A DNA stretch of 64,000 nt from Chiloscyllium plagiosum (taxonomy: Eukaryota): positions 90,935,353 through 90,999,352 of the forward strand of contig NC_057718.1 in assembly GCF_004010195.1 (NCBI RefSeq), written 5' to 3'. The translations under genes and the position numbers were made by a program. This document shows positions 61,413 through 64,000 of this stretch, in pieces. The notes beneath the pieces are model-generated. The model saw only the letters and a list, made by a program, of their open reading frames with translations, searched no databases and was not told where the DNA came from. Numbering within the stretch: position 1 is the stretch's first letter; each line of letters starts with the position of its first letter.

Positions 61413-62185
61413 AGAGTCATACAGCACAGAAACAGACCCCTTCAGTCCAACTCGTCCATGCTGACCAGATATTCTAAACTAATCTAACCTTATTTGCCAG
61501 CATTTGCCCTTCTAAACCCTTCCTATTCATGTATCCATCCAGATGCCTTTTAAATGTTGTAATTGTACCAGCCTCCACCACTTCCTCTGGCAGCTCATTC
61601 CACACACGCTGTTTGAAAAAGTTGCCCCTTAGGTCCCTTTTAAATCTTTCCCCTCTCACCTTAAATCTGTGCTCTCGACTCCCGTACCTGGGACAAATAC
61701 CTTGGCTATTCACCCTATGTATGCCCCTCATGATTTTATAAATCTCTATAAGGTCACCCCTCATACTCTGATGCTCCAGAGAAAACAGCTCCAGTATATT
61801 CAGCCTCTCCCTATAGTTCAAACCCTCCAACCCTGAGCAATCTCCTTTGCAAATCTTTACTCAACCCTTTTATAGCATCTGTCCAATAGCTAGGTGTACA
61901 GAATTCAATGCAGTGTTCCAAAAGTGGTCTAACCAATGACCTGTACAGCTGCAGCATGACCTCCCAACTGATGAAGTACTTACGTTCAAAACGTCGATTC
62001 TCCTGCTCCTCCGAAGCCGTCTGATCGGCTGTGTTTTTCTAGTGCCACACTCTTCCACGCTGATCTCCAACATCTGCAGTCCTCACTTTCTCCCAACTCC
62101 TATACTCAATGTACTGACCAATGACAGCACGTGTACTAGATGCCTTCCTCACTATCCTGCCTACCTGCAACTCCACTTTCAAAGA
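61413..62185 (-). mobile_element. CR1/HER1 LINE 3' fragment
   Basis: ORF 61474-61830 encodes the CR1 C-terminus. Confidence 0.9.
61970..62089 (+). mobile_element. Short family A HHR element in a CR1 LINE
   Basis: 9-bp TSD CTCCCAACT at 61961-61969 and 62090-62098. Begins at CTGATGAAG and ends CATCTGCAGTCCTCACTTT. Confidence 0.85.
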
Positions 62186-63534
62186 ACTGTGAGCTTTCAG
62201 GAGGAAATGATTGAAGAGCCAGTATTAAACTCTTAGTCAATGCCACCAGGTGAGAGAATCTGTTTCTCTTCCTGTAGGATCTGGTGTAATTCAGAAATAT
62301 ATTGAACTTTGACAATTGCGTCAGATTTAATTGTAGGGAGTATAAGTCATAGTATACAAAACTCACACATTACTTGTGTTGTACACTGGATGGCGCTAAT
62401 TTTAGATCACTTCCACAGCACTGAAATTAATACTTTAGGAGTCTACATCTACAGTACTTATGAACTTGCACTGGCTTGCAGTCTTCAAATGGAAAGAATA
62501 GTTTTCCTTTCCGTGTGAATAAAGGGACTGGAACGAAGAATATTTAGTCAATGTGAAAAGTGATCTTTTACTGGCAAGAGTTGTATTGAATTATAATGCC
62601 ATAAAGAGCCTTGACCTAGCAAATGTACTTCCTGTTTGCTGCCCTATCTCTGTCTTGTTCATTTTTATTTACAAATTCTCAAATCAAAAGAGAATGTGTT
62701 GAGATTTTATCTCATTTTTATCTCTGCCAAAAGTTGATTTTTTTCTTACTTAATGCCTTGGTGCCATTTACAAATATATTCTAATGTGTAAATGCACTGA
62801 GCTGGTTTAAATCTAAAATAAGTCCAACAAGTTTTAAATATTTCTAAGATACTTCTTCTTTGTGAGAATTTCATTGAAATCTGGTATTCTGCCTTGAAAT
62901 AAACAAGCTCGGTGCAAATGCTGGGGAATGTTGGTTACCGTGGTAACTGAGTCATTCGGGATGCATTGTTTAGTTTTAGATTGCTGGTTTTCAAGAGTGT
63001 CATTTTTGTTAAAAATGAACAGTTCCAACAAAAACAAGTATTTCTGTCAAAGTTGATAACTTTTCATGCTTTTTTAGGGCTCTCAATCTGAAAGAAATCG
63101 GTCCAATTTGCTGTGTTTTGTTTGGCCCAGTCCATTCTATAATTTAAGAAGTCTTGAATTGAAGTTTTATAAATTCCTAACCCTACTCATTTCTTTCCTA
63201 GCTGCCAATCAGGAGGGATCTTGGCTGGGAAAGTTCAGTCACTACCCAAGCAGATAGCAGGCCTTAGCTGCTATAATTATATTCCATTGCCTTGCTTGAT
63301 GAAATGTTATTTATCCATAAGCCCTACAGTTTAAAGTGGAGGAGTTAACTGATAGTGTTACATCTGGATATCTGCCTCATCTCTCCTTCATTAGGTCAGA
63401 GAGGACAGTGAAGATTTTTTCTGCTTATGTTTAACTTTAACCTCCTTTGATCTAGCAGATAATTCATCATACTCCACAAAGAACCATAGATATCTCTCTC
63501 TCGGGTAAATAATCATTATTTACATGCAGCGCAG

Positions 63535-63700
63535 GGGTTAGTTAGCTCAGTTGGTTGGATAGCTGGTTTGTGATGCAGTGTGGTGCCAACAGAATAGGTT
63601 CAATTCCTGTACAGCTGAGGTTATCATGAAGGACTCTCCTTCTCAACCTCTCACCTTACCTGAGGCACAGTGTCCCTCAGGTTAAACCACCACTAGTAGC
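63535..63700 (+). mobile_element. Second tRNA-derived SINE family
   Basis: TAGCTCAGTTGG (A box) and GGTTCAATTCC (B box). The body is shared with 45627-45818. Confidence 0.75.
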
Positions 63701-63799
63701 CTCTCTCTCTCTCTCTCTCTCTTACACTCTCTCACTCTTTTGCTCCCTCTCTCTCGCTCACACTCACGCTCTCTGTCTCTCGCTCTCTCTCTCTCTCTC
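63700..63799. repeat. Imperfect (CT)n microsatellite
   Basis: Direct inspection. Confidence 0.9.
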
Positions 63800-64000
63800 A
63801 TGGGACAGAAAGCCTATTGCCATGTCTTACTAGACCACGTTACCTCTGCCATGTTGTGTGTGTTTGTGCCTGTGAGTTGTTTGATTTGGATGGGGGTGGG
63901 AGTTGATGGTGGTTTGAGGGGAGAGTATGAGAGAGAGAAAGGAATGCTCAATCAAAACTGCTGCCCCTGAAAACGACAGAGTTAAGACTACATTAAGGGA

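Noticed and set aside
4100..62089. Apparent preference of HHR elements for inserting into LINEs
   Set aside because: LINE fragments make up a large share of the window and the TSD sequences share no motif, so chance is a sufficient explanation.
62262..62290. Good splice-acceptor-like TTTCTCTTCCTGTAG (also about 16735-16752)
   Set aside because: No matching donor or coding frame was identified, and such motifs are common by chance.

Overview
Vertebrate genomic DNA, almost certainly from a shark or other elasmobranch. The evidence is the many HE1-type tRNA-derived SINEs, HER1/CR1-type LINE fragments and DeuSINE-like relics. I see no intact protein-coding gene; the ORF track is almost entirely decayed retroelement frames or noise. 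A CpG-richer segment ending in a perfect splice donor (CAG|GTGAGT at 8916/8917) looks like a non-coding first exon, so most of the window downstream may be one long intron. Other elements include a nested Gypsy LTR-retrotransposon relic, L2 and RTE fragments, two CR1 ORF1 (esterase) relics and two Tigger-like MITEs. The most interesting signal is about 20 short (50-400 bp) insertions from at least five sequence families. Most are bounded by 9-16 bp target-site duplications (TSDs), many are fold-back hairpins, and most carry a minimal type I hammerhead ribozyme (HHR) core: CTGANGA, a stem-loop, GAAA, then a palindromic CG/GC and TH. Two families can be tied to Penelope-like retroelements (PLEs) with visible RT and/or GIY-YIG coding remnants (48231-50101 and 51247-51649). 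One composite copy (24736-25111) has captured the insertion junction of a neighbouring copy about 1.3 kb away. All alignments were done by eye, so boundaries of old repeats are approximate.
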